From Octopus bimaculoides (taxonomy: Eukaryota): DNA of 64,000 bases. The stretch lies in contig NC_068984.1 of the NCBI RefSeq assembly GCF_001194135.2, positions 70,141,333-70,205,332 on the forward strand, read 5' to 3'. A model generated the notes under the pieces. That model made no database searches. It was not told the origin of the DNA and was given only the letters and a program-made list of their open reading frames with translations. Numbering within the stretch: position 1 is the stretch's first letter; the number at the start of each line of letters is the position of its first letter. A program made the position numbers and the translations under genes. Of the stretch, positions 24,377-37,790 are shown in pieces.

Positions 24377-25669
24377 ACCCAAGTAGACAGATTTGAATAT
24401 TTGGCTAGTTTCTGACTGTTAGTTCTGTAACACAAATTACTGATATGCCATCTGTTCTGTAGCATTGATACTTCAAATTAACAAATGGTCAACTGGAATG
24501 ACAGACATAATCTGTCACTGGTTTAAACTCCACAACCTGGACTTTGAATGTTTCATAGCAGAGTTCATAAGTGCATCAAATTTGTGAACTTTACAGAACA
24601 AATTTTTACCAACATAGACCACTTATCTCCACAGACTCTTTTCTTTATTTGTAATGTATGCAACTAAATATGTATCAAACAAGATCAGAATTTGGAGGAA
24701 AGATGAACGTTATAATAAAGTCTACAGTGCATTAGTTTGTCATAAAAAAGTTTGTTTTGTATTATCAATTAACAATCAAGACTAAGTGTAAACACAAATT
24801 CATTCTTAACTGGATTGTACTTGTAATGGTTTACTCTGCTTTCTACTTTAAATTCAGTTTAATAGTGTCTGAAAGGGTTTAAATTGATGTCAAAATGTTT
24901 GATATTTCCAACTATACAATTTGATGTTAATGTGCATCAAAGTTTGAAATGAGACTTATAAATCATGAATATATTACCATAATTACCTGAGTTCCTGTTT
25001 TTAACATTATTTTGGAACTATACATCTATGTGCAGCCATTCTTATATGAGAGATATAGAATAGAGAAAAGATAAAAGTCTACCAAAATATACAGATAATT
25101 CAAAATAAGCTTTTCAAAAATTTGAAACAGTGTACAAGTAAACATAAGTAATATGTTTAGTTAATAAAAAAATCACACTGTAGCAATAAAAATACAATAC
25201 TTGGTGCTATTGTCTCCATTTTAGTTTAGCTATAGATAGAGAAATGTTTTATGTGTGTATATGTATGTATGTATATATATGTGTGTGTGTATGTATGTAT
25301 GTATATATANNNNNNNNNNNNNNNNNNNNNNNNNNNNNNNNNNNNNNNNNNNNNNNNNNNNNNNNNNNNNNNNNNNNNNNNNNNNNNNNNNNNNNNNNNT
25401 ATATATATATATACATATATACATATATACATATACATTCATAGACACACACACACGCATGCACCCCCACACACATCTGCATATATATTAACTTGAGAAG
25501 TGCTTTTTCAGTTTAGTAATTGCAGTATCACAAAGATATATCAATTTAACTACACAAGTGGTGTAAGTTGTAACTGAAAGGAATATATCAAAATATAAAG
25601 ATGTAATATTACATTTGAGATAATCCTTTTCATTACAACCTAAAGAAATAAATCATTTTATTATTTGAT

Positions 25670-25925
25670 TATTCTCTCGTTGAAAAAGAAATAGTGAATA
25701 AAGACTTTTTTTAATGTAGCCAACTTTTCTATGATATAAAACATTTAAAAGATACATCCAGCGTACATTAAACATTTATATATTTGTAATGGATTGATAT
25801 TTCATCTTTTATTTACCACAAAAGTACAATTTATTGAAATATTACTTGAAACCGAAATATTTAGCCACTACTTATAGACCTACTATAACTTTTCACTAAT
25901 ACACTGTTTCACTTTCAAGTTTTTG

Positions 25926-25987
<62 letters not shown>

Positions 25988-26820
25988 ATATTATTTTAAA
26001 CTTTGCAAACATTTAACAGGAACGAAAAGTAGTAGTTGTCAAATACGTTTCTGCGATCATATTTTCAGTTATATATCTGTTTACTGAGAGTACAGTGAAT
26101 ATTCTTAGACACAATTTCAATACTTGGATTGTATTTCTTTTTCAAGAATATGTTTAATAGCTATTACTGAGATTTCAATATAATGCAAACGAAGAATGAT
26201 TTGTGGTAAAAAAATAATAGCAGTTTAGAACATGCACTCTGCATTTAACTAGATCTGATTTAAAGGGCATCCAGCTGTAGAAACTCTGCCAAATTAGATT
26301 GGAGCCTGGTGTTGCCATCCGGTTTCACCAGTCCTCAGTCAAATCGTCCAACCCATGCTAGCATGGAAAGCGGACGTTAAACGATGATGATGATGATGAT
26401 GATTACAATCTTTAAGTTAGTTCAATTCTTACCTTCTGAATTCAAATTCTATTGCAATCAATTTTGCCTTTAATCCTAATGGTGGTCGATAAAATAAAGT
26501 ACCAACCAAATTCCTGGGACACTGTAATGAACAACATCTACTTAAATCACTTGTTAAGGTTATCTCTACGGATTTTTGATAGAAATAAAGCCAGTACTGA
26601 TTTTGTTACGATGTTTTGTACCCGAGATGCTTGGTGTAAACAACAACGAGATCAAAGATGGAAAATGGGTTATGGGCATATATAACGTATTTCAATTCTT
26701 GCTCCTTTATCAGTACCCATCCAACCCATTAATCACCCACGAACTCATTGCTTAAAGAGCCACTAAATATAACGGTGTAACATTATAGGATGTACCAATT
26801 TTACGTATGAAAGCGCATTC
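25670..26820. promoter_or_regulatory. CpG-retaining segment, possible unmethylated promoter region
   Basis: Many CG dinucleotides in unique AT-rich sequence (aacgaa, atacgtttctgcga, ctacgg, ttacga, cccgag, taacgt, ccacga, taacgg, ttacgt, aagcgc) against a CpG-depleted background; judged by eye. Confidence 0.35.
26263..26403 (+). mobile_element. Young, very short RTE 3' end insertion
   Basis: Nearly identical to 12800-12941 (2 differences seen: aaattagattgg vs aaatcagactgg); (GAT)n tail. Confidence 0.95.
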
Positions 26821-26869
26821 CAAAAAGCTAGTACATAAAATCATTGCTGTCTATAATTTCTACATATAC

Positions 26870-26985
26870 ATCCTTCCCTTTTGAAAGACAATCTTGGAAC
26901 AACCACAGGTCCTCTTTAAGGATACTTGAAAAGTGCAACACCATATTCCTGGCTGGCCACATATGAAACTTGAAAGAAGAAGGAA
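26870..26985 (+). repeat. Unclassified ~120-bp repeat, copy 1 (copy 2 at 31027-31154)
   Basis: atccttcccttttgaaagacaatc...atattcctggctggccacatatg shared in direct orientation. Confidence 0.92.
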
Positions 26986-27444
26986 CCCCATGCATAATTA
27001 AATGGTGGCTCCTTGAACAGATGGGAAACTTTTTAAACTGCAGTAAAGTTAAATCAATCTCCTCATCTAAGGCTTTTCTTGCTACAAGCTAAGAATTTTT
27101 CACTGAATACAACCACCACAGCACTTTCAAAAGACACCACAGCCAGAACTAATGTAAAGGAGATCATTCTGTTCTGTCTGTTAACACTACCTGCATGGTC
27201 AATATATCGTTTTTTGTTTTCAAAATAGACTGACCATGAAGTACTCTTCCTTACTTGTAGAGAGGCTATGTACCTTCAACCATTTTGTTCTGACAAGGCA
27301 CTTATATGGCTAAGCACTTTATAAATGTGAAACAATGGTCACTCTCACACCGGCCATAACAATCAACTTCCTTAAAAGATATATTACTGCTCTAATGTTT
27401 TAGAGTGTGTTTCTTTTTCAGATATATGAACTACTCACAATTCT

Positions 27445-27597
27445 TGGAGTGGCTGGTGTTAAGAAGGGCATCCAGCTGAAGATATCTTGCCAGATCATAT
27501 TGGAGTCTGGTGCAGCCTTCTGGCTTGCCAGTCTTCAGTCAAACCGTCCAACCCATGCCAGCATGGAAATCATGCATTAAACGATGATGATGATGAC
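27445..27597 (+). mobile_element. RTE 3' end fragment
   Basis: aagggcatccagctg...aacccatgccagcatggaaa...gatgatgatg. Confidence 0.9.
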
Positions 27598-27849
27598 ATA
27601 TATATATATATGTAGTGCTAGATTCATGTTTTAATAAAAAGATCAAATAATCACTGAAGAATTTTCATTTTATCATTATCATTATGTTCATGCCTGTTTT
27701 TCCCTTTCTAGCATGGATTAAATGAGTTTATTTGAGACAGCGTTTTACAGTCAGATATCTTTTTTAATGCCAATCTTTTAGTTTTTCATAACATGCAGGC
27801 ATATATTGCACTTATTTTTTAAATATAGGTCTGGTAAATAATTTTTTCT

Positions 27850-28035
27850 GCTAAAAGCACAAGGCCTGAAATTTGTGGGTGGGGATAATCGATTATATTG
27901 ACCCCAGTACTCAATGGGTATCGACCCCGAAAGGATGAAAGGAAAAGTTGGAATTTGAACTCAGAACATGAAGATGGAAGAAATACCACTAAGCATTTTG
28001 CCTGGCATGCTAACAATTCTGCCAGCTCATCGCTT
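27850..28035 (-). mobile_element. SINE (ggcggtgagctggc family)
   Basis: Reverse complement of the 22049 family. Confidence 0.85.
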
Positions 28036-30149
28036 TAGTCTGATCAATATTAACAATGATTGTGTTTGAAAATATAGTAAGGTAACAGCTAAAATACTTT
28101 TGATTAAAAGTATGCTTGATCATGGCTAACCTGGGACTTAATAACCCCAATAAACACAACTGTTACAAAAGACACGAACGTTACAAAATTGTTCACTTAT
28201 TCTGACTTACAAGTCTCAGTTTTCTTTTTAACTTAGTTGAAATATATCAGTAGTATCAAAAAAATTAGTTATAAACTATTGATGGTGTTTACTGTTTGAT
28301 TAGGTTCATAGCATATCATCTAAGTACGTCTGTCGGCATCCAATAGTAGTTTTTTATGCTTGTCTAACAAGATAATAAATCCTTGTGCTTCATACTACAA
28401 TTTTCAGTCCAACATAAATAGAGAAATATGATAAATTTGTTAACCTCATAGTAGTCTCTGAAGGTATTATAATTACTTTTCTTTTTCATTTTCTTTTAAA
28501 GAAAATTGATCTTACAAGTAAGACAATTTCGTTTAAAAACTGTTTGATGATTCTTGACTCACTTGGTTAATAATGAGGAATGATAGTTTTTTTTTCCATT
28601 TGTTTATTGATTGGAACAATAAGTTGTTTTCTTTTTTGTAATCTAATAATTTGTCATTAATTTAGTATTGATTTAGTATTTGTCATTAATGTTATCATTT
28701 TTAAGGATAATTTTTTGATATTTTAATATTTTTTCATAACAGATTACAATGTTTCTCTTTAAAAATAAAAGGTGTAATATTTTTCAAAAAATAGTTTAAT
28801 CATTTGGCTCTTGATGTTAACATTACAATATATTTGATACTTGAAGCCTTAATCAAATTAATAGAAAAATAATTGCTTCTTTGTTTAGAAAACAGAAAGT
28901 AGGTTATATTCACACCTATAATGAATTAAAATGATTTACTGTCATTCTGAAAACTGATTTGGTTTTTTATACAGGTTTGATGGATATTTACAGTCTAGCT
29001 ACATATTTATTTTTTCTTTTAATATTTCTTTTTAGATCTATTTATAATTATCAAACTTCAGTTTGATTAATGAGGACATTTATCAAAAACTATTGTCCAA
29101 ATCTTCATCATTCAAATTTTTCCTCTGTTGATAGTGGTGAAGATGGCTGAATCAGTAGATTACTGGACCAGATAGCATCACAACATTTTCAGCTTTGACT
29201 TTCTAGGTTCTGAGATGAAATTCTACTGAAGTCGTCTTTAACTTTCTACATTCTTGGGTCAATAAAACATGTTCTGGTATAACCCAGTGTATGGTTTTTT
29301 AATTATATTCCGTTCCCTATCCTAAAGATTATTATCCTTAAGACTGCGTATGAAATTAATCTCTTTAGCAGTTTGGATGTGACTATCTAAATGCAAGAAC
29401 AATTTATAAAGTTTTCAAATTTGCAGTCAAAAGCAATTAAAGATGAAACACCGTTTAAAGATTTATATAATTAATCCTTTGCTGATTATTGTTAATAACT
29501 CTTGATGCTTTGAATATTAGGCTCTTATGGGGAGAGACAAACAAAATCGAAATGTTGAGTGAGCTCTAAGGATTTGTTACAATTGAATAAATATGCTGTT
29601 AGCACTTTTTGAAATTATTGCAACATTTTCATACTAGACTTGCCAATAATTTTCTGACAAAGTTAAATGCTACTGGCTTAAAGTTATATTTTTTATGTTT
29701 GTAACCTGTGATGTAAGAGAGCATTCATTAGTTTAATAGTCATTTTAGCATTTTGCATCCATTTAATGAACTCTCTTAGAAATCTCACATTCATGATAGA
29801 AGTATTTTTCATATTGCAGTCTAATTTTTTACATCTCTTGCTTTGAAAGGGGTCTCTATTGGTTTATTCACATGCTTCATCTTATATATATGAAACTTAT
29901 CCATAATGAAGTGGCTTGATACCTTCTCAGGATAGTGTGAATGGAGAGACTAATAGCTGAAAATATGAATTGGTATGATCATGTTATATCTTAATTCAAA
30001 ATCTGGTTATCATATATGGTGTCTGCCATTGGGATTGTACCTGGTTGATGGCTTCAGTCTCAAGCAGTTGTGATCATCAGGCATAGAAGACTTCTATTAG
30101 GGATGGTATGGATGCACTGATTGGAGCCAGCCCAATGCATCTTAGGTGA

Positions 30150-30620
30150 ATGCCAGCACAAGTCAACTACATCATAAGTAATATCACATAAACTACATCC
30201 CAAAGACTTGCCCTCTTTGTCAGGGCTAGAAATTACTTCAGACCAGAACAATTGATGATTCTTTATAAACCAATAGTGACCCACAACTTCCACATCCAAG
30301 ATGGTACTGCTGTCACTCACACAAACAAGAACTGATATTGTTGGAAGTGACAGCAAATAAGTAGTTGATATAAAAAATTAAAAGTAATCAACAAAATTGA
30401 ATATTGATGCTCCTGATACTAAAGCTGAAAGAGTCAGAAGTATTATCCACATATTCCACTGTGGTTAATTCTGTCAGGAAGTCACTGATTTAACACAGAT
30501 GGAGTCTATAGGTAGTCAGTTTTTCACAGCAACTCTTCTTGGGCAATCATTGTCAAAAAGCTTGCAAGGGTCAACATCAAATAGTATGTAATATAACAGA
30601 GTATATTTTCACTACATTCA
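30150..30620 (+). mobile_element. Decayed CR1/L2-group LINE, post-RT region
   Basis: Plus frame SQRLALFVRARNYFRPEQLMILYKPIV resembles the conserved post-RT block (L.RAR.YF..EQL..LYK..VRP). Confidence 0.6.
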
Positions 30621-31026
30621 GTGTTATGAAAGCTGTACTAGCAGTCAACAAGGTGGAAAAAGCTTCAAAGTGTTGAAGAGGAATTTTGTTAATAGCTACA
30701 TCCTTCACCTTTGTGATGTTGGATTTGAGTGTAATTGGCAGGGTTGGCAGAGGGATTGCATTTTGGAGAATAGGACATAAAGTAGCATTTTTCTAAATAC
30801 CAAAATATATCACTGTGGACAGAGAGCAAATAACAGAGAGGAAGAAATACAGGATGGTAGGGAGAGAGAGAGGGAGAGACAAAAAGAGAGGAAATGTGAG
30901 AAGGAGAAATAAAGAGAGAAATTGATTAGTCTAACGACGAGCTAGGGTAAATTATCTAAGGATAACGGATGGTACATTCTCAAGATCAGTGATGTTACAT
31001 ATATATATATATATATATATATATAG

Positions 31027-31154
31027 ATCCTTCCCTTTTGAAAGACAATCTCGGAAAAAACCAAAACCACAGGTCCTCTTTTAGGATACTTGAAAAGAAA
31101 AAGTGCAACACTATATTCCTGGCTGGCCACATATGGGACTTGAAAGAGGAAGGA
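31027..31154 (+). repeat. Unclassified ~120-bp repeat, copy 2
   Basis: See 26870; copy 2 carries small slippage-like insertions (aaaacc, aaaaag). Confidence 0.92.
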
Positions 31155-32779
31155 GTATTAAACAGGTATATCAAATAACCCAAGTTGTGTGCATGTTGTC
31201 AATGCATGAATACTTGACATATAAGTCAAGTACCCTGTATATCTGTACATGTTGGTGAGCTTAGTATTGTGGGAAAAAATACTTAGTGTTTGCAATGTGG
31301 TTTTGGTTAGAAAGAGGGCAGCAGATATGAAGTGGGGTTTTGTGAGCATATTGTTTATAGAGCTTTGGAGTTGAGAAGGGGATAAGGAAAATATTCCACA
31401 AATCTCATAAAGATCTTTTAGGCCAGAAACCAAATGGAACAGCAGCAGTGCTGAGTAAAATCCATTAAATGTGACAGAATACCATGGCAATTTAGTTATA
31501 TGAGAGGTATTTAGCTGTTAATTATCTGTAGTGGAGAGTAAAGTTGAGAAGATTCAGAATATTGAATGATGAGTGATGGCTATTGGTTCAGCTTTGGGTG
31601 TCTGGTGGTTAGAAGCCTTATATTTTAACAAATTAATATACTGACTGAGACAGGTAATAGGTCGTTAGCTTTTTTTTTTTCTTTGTCTGAAATACTTCAC
31701 TGGATATGCCAAGTTTTTTGGTTAACTTTTAAAAATATATAAAAATATATTTGTGTAAATCCATGTATTATACAGTCATGATGCAGGCTTTGTATATTTA
31801 TATGAATTGTGATTTGATACATTTTGACATTTCTTTCAATATTCTACTCAAAGAAGTTTTTCTATTTAAATTCTTTATCAACCAGGAGAGTATTAGCTGG
31901 ATCTTTAGTTATTTCATTAAAAATTTTGGCAATAATGAATTTGAGTGAATTTAAGGATAAATGTGAGGTATTTTGCAATAATGGATTGGCTACATTGTTT
32001 GATTGTTGTCAAAAAGCTTGCTGCTAATTAAACATTTTTTTTTAATTTACATTTAACTTTGCCAACCATCTGCTACACATTCGACAGTTTATATTGATTA
32101 GATTGATTTTTGGCAGATATTTTACTCAAATTAAGTGGGTTGAAGAAGGAAAATTAAAACTAAAAGTTTTCATATTCTAAAACTCTTGAAAATTCATCGT
32201 TCAGTTTTCTTCACTTCTCCTATGATCAATGTTTGCAAAGTAATAACTAGCAGCAGTATTTTGGTTGATTGTTATTGCATGCTTTACGTATATATTTAAG
32301 AGGAACTAAATGACACCAGCTCATGGGTCTGCATCTCAAACTTGATGCATGGTTCTTATGTATTTGGGCAGTATGCTTAAATGTTTAGTAGCTAGTTTAT
32401 TTTATTGTTAAGGGTAATAGTTATTCCAGTAAATTTTACTTGCATTTGAAACGCATTCTGTAAATGACAGTAATTTATCTCATTTGCTTAGTAACATGAA
32501 CACATCAGACATATAAAGCTTCTTGATACTTGAGGGCTTTTCACTATTTCTTATAACAAGACACTTTGTTTTTCATTGCCTCATTATACGTATTTGAGAA
32601 ATTGGTTCTTCAATATTCTGAGAGAAATTTACTTGTGAAAGTCTAGTACTCTTTCTACAAAGTGTTTTGAATCTCATTTGTTTGCCATTAGAAAGCTTGA
32701 ATTCAAGCATTGACCATATGGATTTGTGTTTCTGAAACAAGTATTGTTTATATCTTCTTTAAATGTAGTTATGTAAATA

Positions 32780-33115
32780 TGGAAGACACATGGTTCAGTG
32801 GTTAGAGCATTGGGCTCACAATAATGAGGTAGTGAGTTTGATTTCCAGACTGGACAATGTGTTGTGTTCTTGAGTAAGATACTTTATTTCGTGTTGCTCC
32901 AGTTCACTCATCTGTATAAATGAGTTGTAACTTCACTGATGCCAAGCTGTATCAGCCTTTTTCTTTCTCATGGATGGCATCTGAAGGGTGGAAAGAAGAG
33001 GCTGATATGCATTGGAAACTGCTGGTCTTCCATAAACAACCATGCCAAGACTTGTGTCTTTAAGGAGAAATTTCTAGGTGCAATCCCATGGTCATTCATG
33101 ACCAAAGGGGATTTT
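32780..33115 (+). mobile_element. tRNA SINE with CORE-like block (same family as 4729-5054)
   Basis: tggttcagtggttagagc head; ttgagtaagatactttattt...ctgctggtcttccataaacaacc...caatcccatggtcattcatgacc. Confidence 0.88.
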
Positions 33116-34432
33116 TACCCATTACTCCTTAATATCTCATTCTTGGTTACATTTATGGCCATGTGGTTAAAAAGTTTACGTTGCAATCATGTGGTTTATG
33201 TGCAATGGAGAAATTGCTTTCTACTACAGCCTTATGTTGATCAATAACTTATGAGAGAAATTTGGTAATTAGAAACTGTATGCTATCCTGAAGTGTGTGT
33301 GTGTGTATGTATGTGTGTGTGTATTGGGATATTTATTTGATATAGTTATATGTGGTTTACAACAATTGAGCAAATAATATACCAAAATTATAAGTAATAT
33401 AACATAATGGACAATAAATGGCTTTGGTTTTACTACTTAACTGTCGGGGTAGGATAGTGATAGAGACAAAGAGGTAGGTAGTTAGGTGGGTGATTAAAAA
33501 GAATGAGACAGATTAAAGATTGCTAAGGACCAGCCTGGTCAAATCAATCAGAGCTGGCAGTTATTTTCATTTTCCTATTCGTCTAAATTTTGCTCAATTT
33601 AAGAATGACAAAAACTTTAAGACATAAACGGAATTCAACAGACCTGAAATGTAAGCATTAACCTCTATATTAATAATACTCTATAACTTATGGAAATATT
33701 CCTTGAGATCAATTTGAGGATATTACATGAGAATATAAATATCAAATGAATGTGGTTTTAAATTTTCCTTGACATTTGATAATTGCTATATGTATGCATA
33801 CGTATGTGTTTGTTTGTGTGTGCCAATAATTTCATAAATTGAGAGAAGGTTGCTTTGACTTATTAATTAGATGTTATAATGTCAGTACAATACACCTTGT
33901 GTTATCTACTGTATAATATTGATACAAAAGGCAGACTAGAGTCATTGACCTAATCAAACAAACCAATTCATCTTGTGTTTGCTTCTTCTGTTATATTTTC
34001 ATTTCTGTTATATCATTTTATCACCTTGCTGCAAACCACATATAGCTGCATTGACTTAATATATCTACAATGTAAAAAAAATTAAAAAATCATCTTGAAA
34101 TAGAACACTTGAAATTTATGCATCTTTATGTGCATATGTATATGTGTGTATGTGTGTATATGTGCATATATGTATGCACACGTCTTTGTTGATATATATC
34201 AACAAAGGATGTAAACATAAGCCTCCACTACCATCACTACCACCACCACCACCACTACCACCACCACAAAAAAAAGGAGAACTGAAAAATTGATGGTTTG
34301 TAAACGAAATCCATTGTGATGTTTGTTGTTCTGCAATGATTTAGCACTTCTCCCTTGTCACTCTTGCAATCAGAATTGCAGTGAACCTGAGATTGACCCA
34401 TTTTAAAAGCTGTAACCAATTATGCTATTGTT

Positions 34433-34435
<3 letters not shown>

Positions 34436-34492
<57 letters not shown>

Positions 34493-34529
34493 TATTATCA
34501 TCATCATCACTACTGCTTCCATTGCAACC

Positions 34530-34563
<34 letters not shown>

Positions 34564-34565
34564 TT
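34436..34565. repeat. (CAT)n/(CCA)n microsatellite
   Basis: Directly visible; explains poly-S/D ORFs. Confidence 0.97.
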
Positions 34566-36859
34566 TTCCCATAAATTTTCTATGCAAGTAGATGTTTGGC
34601 AGGTTTGATGTACATCACATCTGTGAGGTCTGATATCCTGTGATCTAATCTCAAAGCTTCTTTCCATGCCTTCTTTAGCCCTTCTCTTCCATCTACATTC
34701 TTCTCCTCTGCAATGATATCACATTCATTATTAGTTTAGCAAAGCTTTCCTACCTGCCTTATTTTCCATCCTCTATTTCTATTTAAAATGTCAAGTTTAA
34801 AAATGAAATTGTTTATAACTGATATGTGTTTTGCCTGTTTGGCATTAAGGATTTCTATAATATTGAAAATTTATATTAAATATATTTTTAAAAAAAGATC
34901 TAATTAACTGATGAAACTTTATTGATTAAACAAACCATGATTATCATTATTTTAAACAGCTTATCTGTCACCTATTCATTGTGTTGCTAAATTAAAAATA
35001 TTCTCAAATAAATATGCAAAATTTATGATACAGCAAACTATTGAAATGAAAATACTTAAAAACCCTAAAGAGATCATGTGACATCATTAAATACTTTTTT
35101 TCTTATACATTTCTTATATACAAGAAATCTCATATTTTTTATATTTGCCTTACAAAAGCTGTCTTTTTGAAGGATTTTTGACTAAGATAAGCTTTTATCA
35201 TACTACAAAGAATCATGAGGTGATCTTCACCTCTAGTTTTTATGTTACCAAGCAGACATATGTTAACCTGGATATGTCACTAGTCTGCTGAATGTGATTT
35301 TCCTGCTGGAGAAATTGAACCTGACACTGAGAAGAAAGAAATAAAACCTGCTTGACTAAATGGGGTGGTGGGGAGATGGGGTGACAGTTGGGGCCAGTGT
35401 TGAGAGGCTAGAATGTGATAGAGAGACAAGCTTAGGTGTCTTGCTGTGGAGATGATGCAAGACTACCTTGCATTATTTAAAGGTAGGTAGGAGAAGCTGG
35501 AAAGATGATAAACATGGTAGTGATGAGATACCAGAGCAGTTCAGTGTAAAAGAAGGTCAGTACAAGAGAGGATATGGACAGTGGCTCAGGAGAAGGGCTA
35601 GTTTAATAAGAGTGTGTGGGGAGTATAATATGTGTTTCAGTTTTAGACAGGTCTTTACAAATGTGTTTTTTTATAACTTGATATTGCTGGAACATATTTC
35701 TCAAACTCTTGTGTATATCATCTAAAACTCTTGGTATATCACTGCTACAAGTGTGTCATACTCTTACCATCATAGTCTTAGACCATCTAAACTTGGTTTT
35801 TGACCACAACAAGAAATTGTAAGCATGAGAAATAAAACCACTGAAGTGGTTCAGACTAGGAATTGAATTCACATTATAAGTTCACCAGGAATTAAGCACC
35901 ACTCTTCCACTGTGCAGAAAAAAGATCCATCATAAATAAATGCTTTCTAGGAAGTTATTAGTTGTATATATTTAATTTTGCAAATGGCCAATTGGGAGAA
36001 ACTCAAACATGAAAAAGAGTAGATTGCTAGATAAATTCAATGTTTAGTATAAGCTAGATGTTTCTAAAGTAAACCCAATTTGATTGGTATATGAACTAAA
36101 TGTTGCCAATTTGCTACCATCACAATAACAACAAGAACACCAGCAAGCAATAAAAAATATGAAAATATATTTACTTTTAATATTGTGAAGTAAGCTGTTT
36201 AATCTGGTGTTCAGTCTTGTTATGGATAGAGGATATGACAAAGCTGGAGGCCTAAAACATAGTAAATACATTGTTATAAGTCTTACAAATAAATATTGGA
36301 ATAGAGCATTATAGAAATAAATTAATGTTTTATGTATGTGTGTGTGTATGTGTTAAATAAACAGTATTGTAGCTATTGGGATGTAGATATAAACATATTG
36401 TTACAAAAACTGGAGATGTAACGATATAATAGATAAAAAGGTTATAACAACGAAAAATATAAGGAAATGAAGTAAAAGGGTACTAGATCTAGATAAATGT
36501 ATAAAATACTTCTCAAATGTTCTCAGTACTTTTCTGGTGGAAAGCTGTATATTGGTATCACACTTCTGTTTCTGCATACCTCTATACTCCAGCACCTTCA
36601 TTTATTTATGTCTTTTGGGTTGTCTTCCAGGTCTGTTTTTGTCAGTTCATCACTAATGAAAAAAGTTTTTCTTCTCCAGGAATTCTTTGAAAAGTCTTTA
36701 TTTAAAACATCTGTTTTACTTCTATCCAATAAGAATATTTTTTGCTTTTGCATTTTTTAAATTTTTTTTTTACCATTATATGTCATTCTCTGTCTTCCTC
36801 AAAGACATTGTGTGTGGGAGAGCATTCAGTGGTAATTGCAAGCAGTTAATATATATATA

Positions 36860-36962
<103 letters not shown>

Positions 36963-37151
36963 TCGTTTGATGTTGGTAATTCAATCCATCACTACTGAGT
37001 TTCCTGCAAGATTCATTTGTACAAGCAATAAGGAAAAATGTGAATGGAGTGAATCACCTGCATTATAGAAATAAAAACATTCTGCAATGAATATTCAGTA
37101 CACATTCCTTTTGTTTGTTTGTAAAACAAAACGTATACATACATACATATC

Positions 37152-37357
37152 GACATCATCATCATCGTCATTTAACGTCTGATTTCCATGCTGACATGGG
37201 TTGGACAGTTTGACTGAGGGCTGGTAAGCCAGAAGGCTGCACCAGGCTATGATCTGAACTGGCAGTTTCTACAGCTGGATGCCCTTCCTAATTCCAACCA
37301 TTCTGAGTGTGGTGGGAGCTTTTTACATGCCACCAGCACATAAAAATATATTTACAT

Positions 37358-37403
<46 letters not shown>

Positions 37404-37790
37404 ACACACATATGTACAACGGAAATGAAAAAAGCACCAGTTCACACTCTAAAGTGGTTGATTTTAGGAAGGGCATCCAGCTGGAGAAACTATGCACATG
37501 CCGACATGGATCTTAGTTGTTAGATGATGATGATGATGATATATTTAATATATATATATCATCATCATCATCATCATCATCATCATCTAACGTTTGTTGT
37601 CCATGCTGGCATAGGTTGGATAGTGTGACCAGAGTTGACAAGGTGGGGAGCTGCACCAGACTCCCATCTGATTTCACTTGGTTTCTATGACTGGATGCCC
37701 TTCCTAATACCAACCACTTTATAGAGAGTCCTTTTACACGGCATTGCATGGGCACTTTCATGTGGCACCACGTAAGTACTTTTGCGCGAG
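37152..37790. mobile_element. Cluster of three RTE 3' ends in alternating orientation (-,+,-)
   Basis: Minus copy 37152-37340, plus copy 37425-37545, minus copy 37560-37790, separated by microsatellites. Confidence 0.88.
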
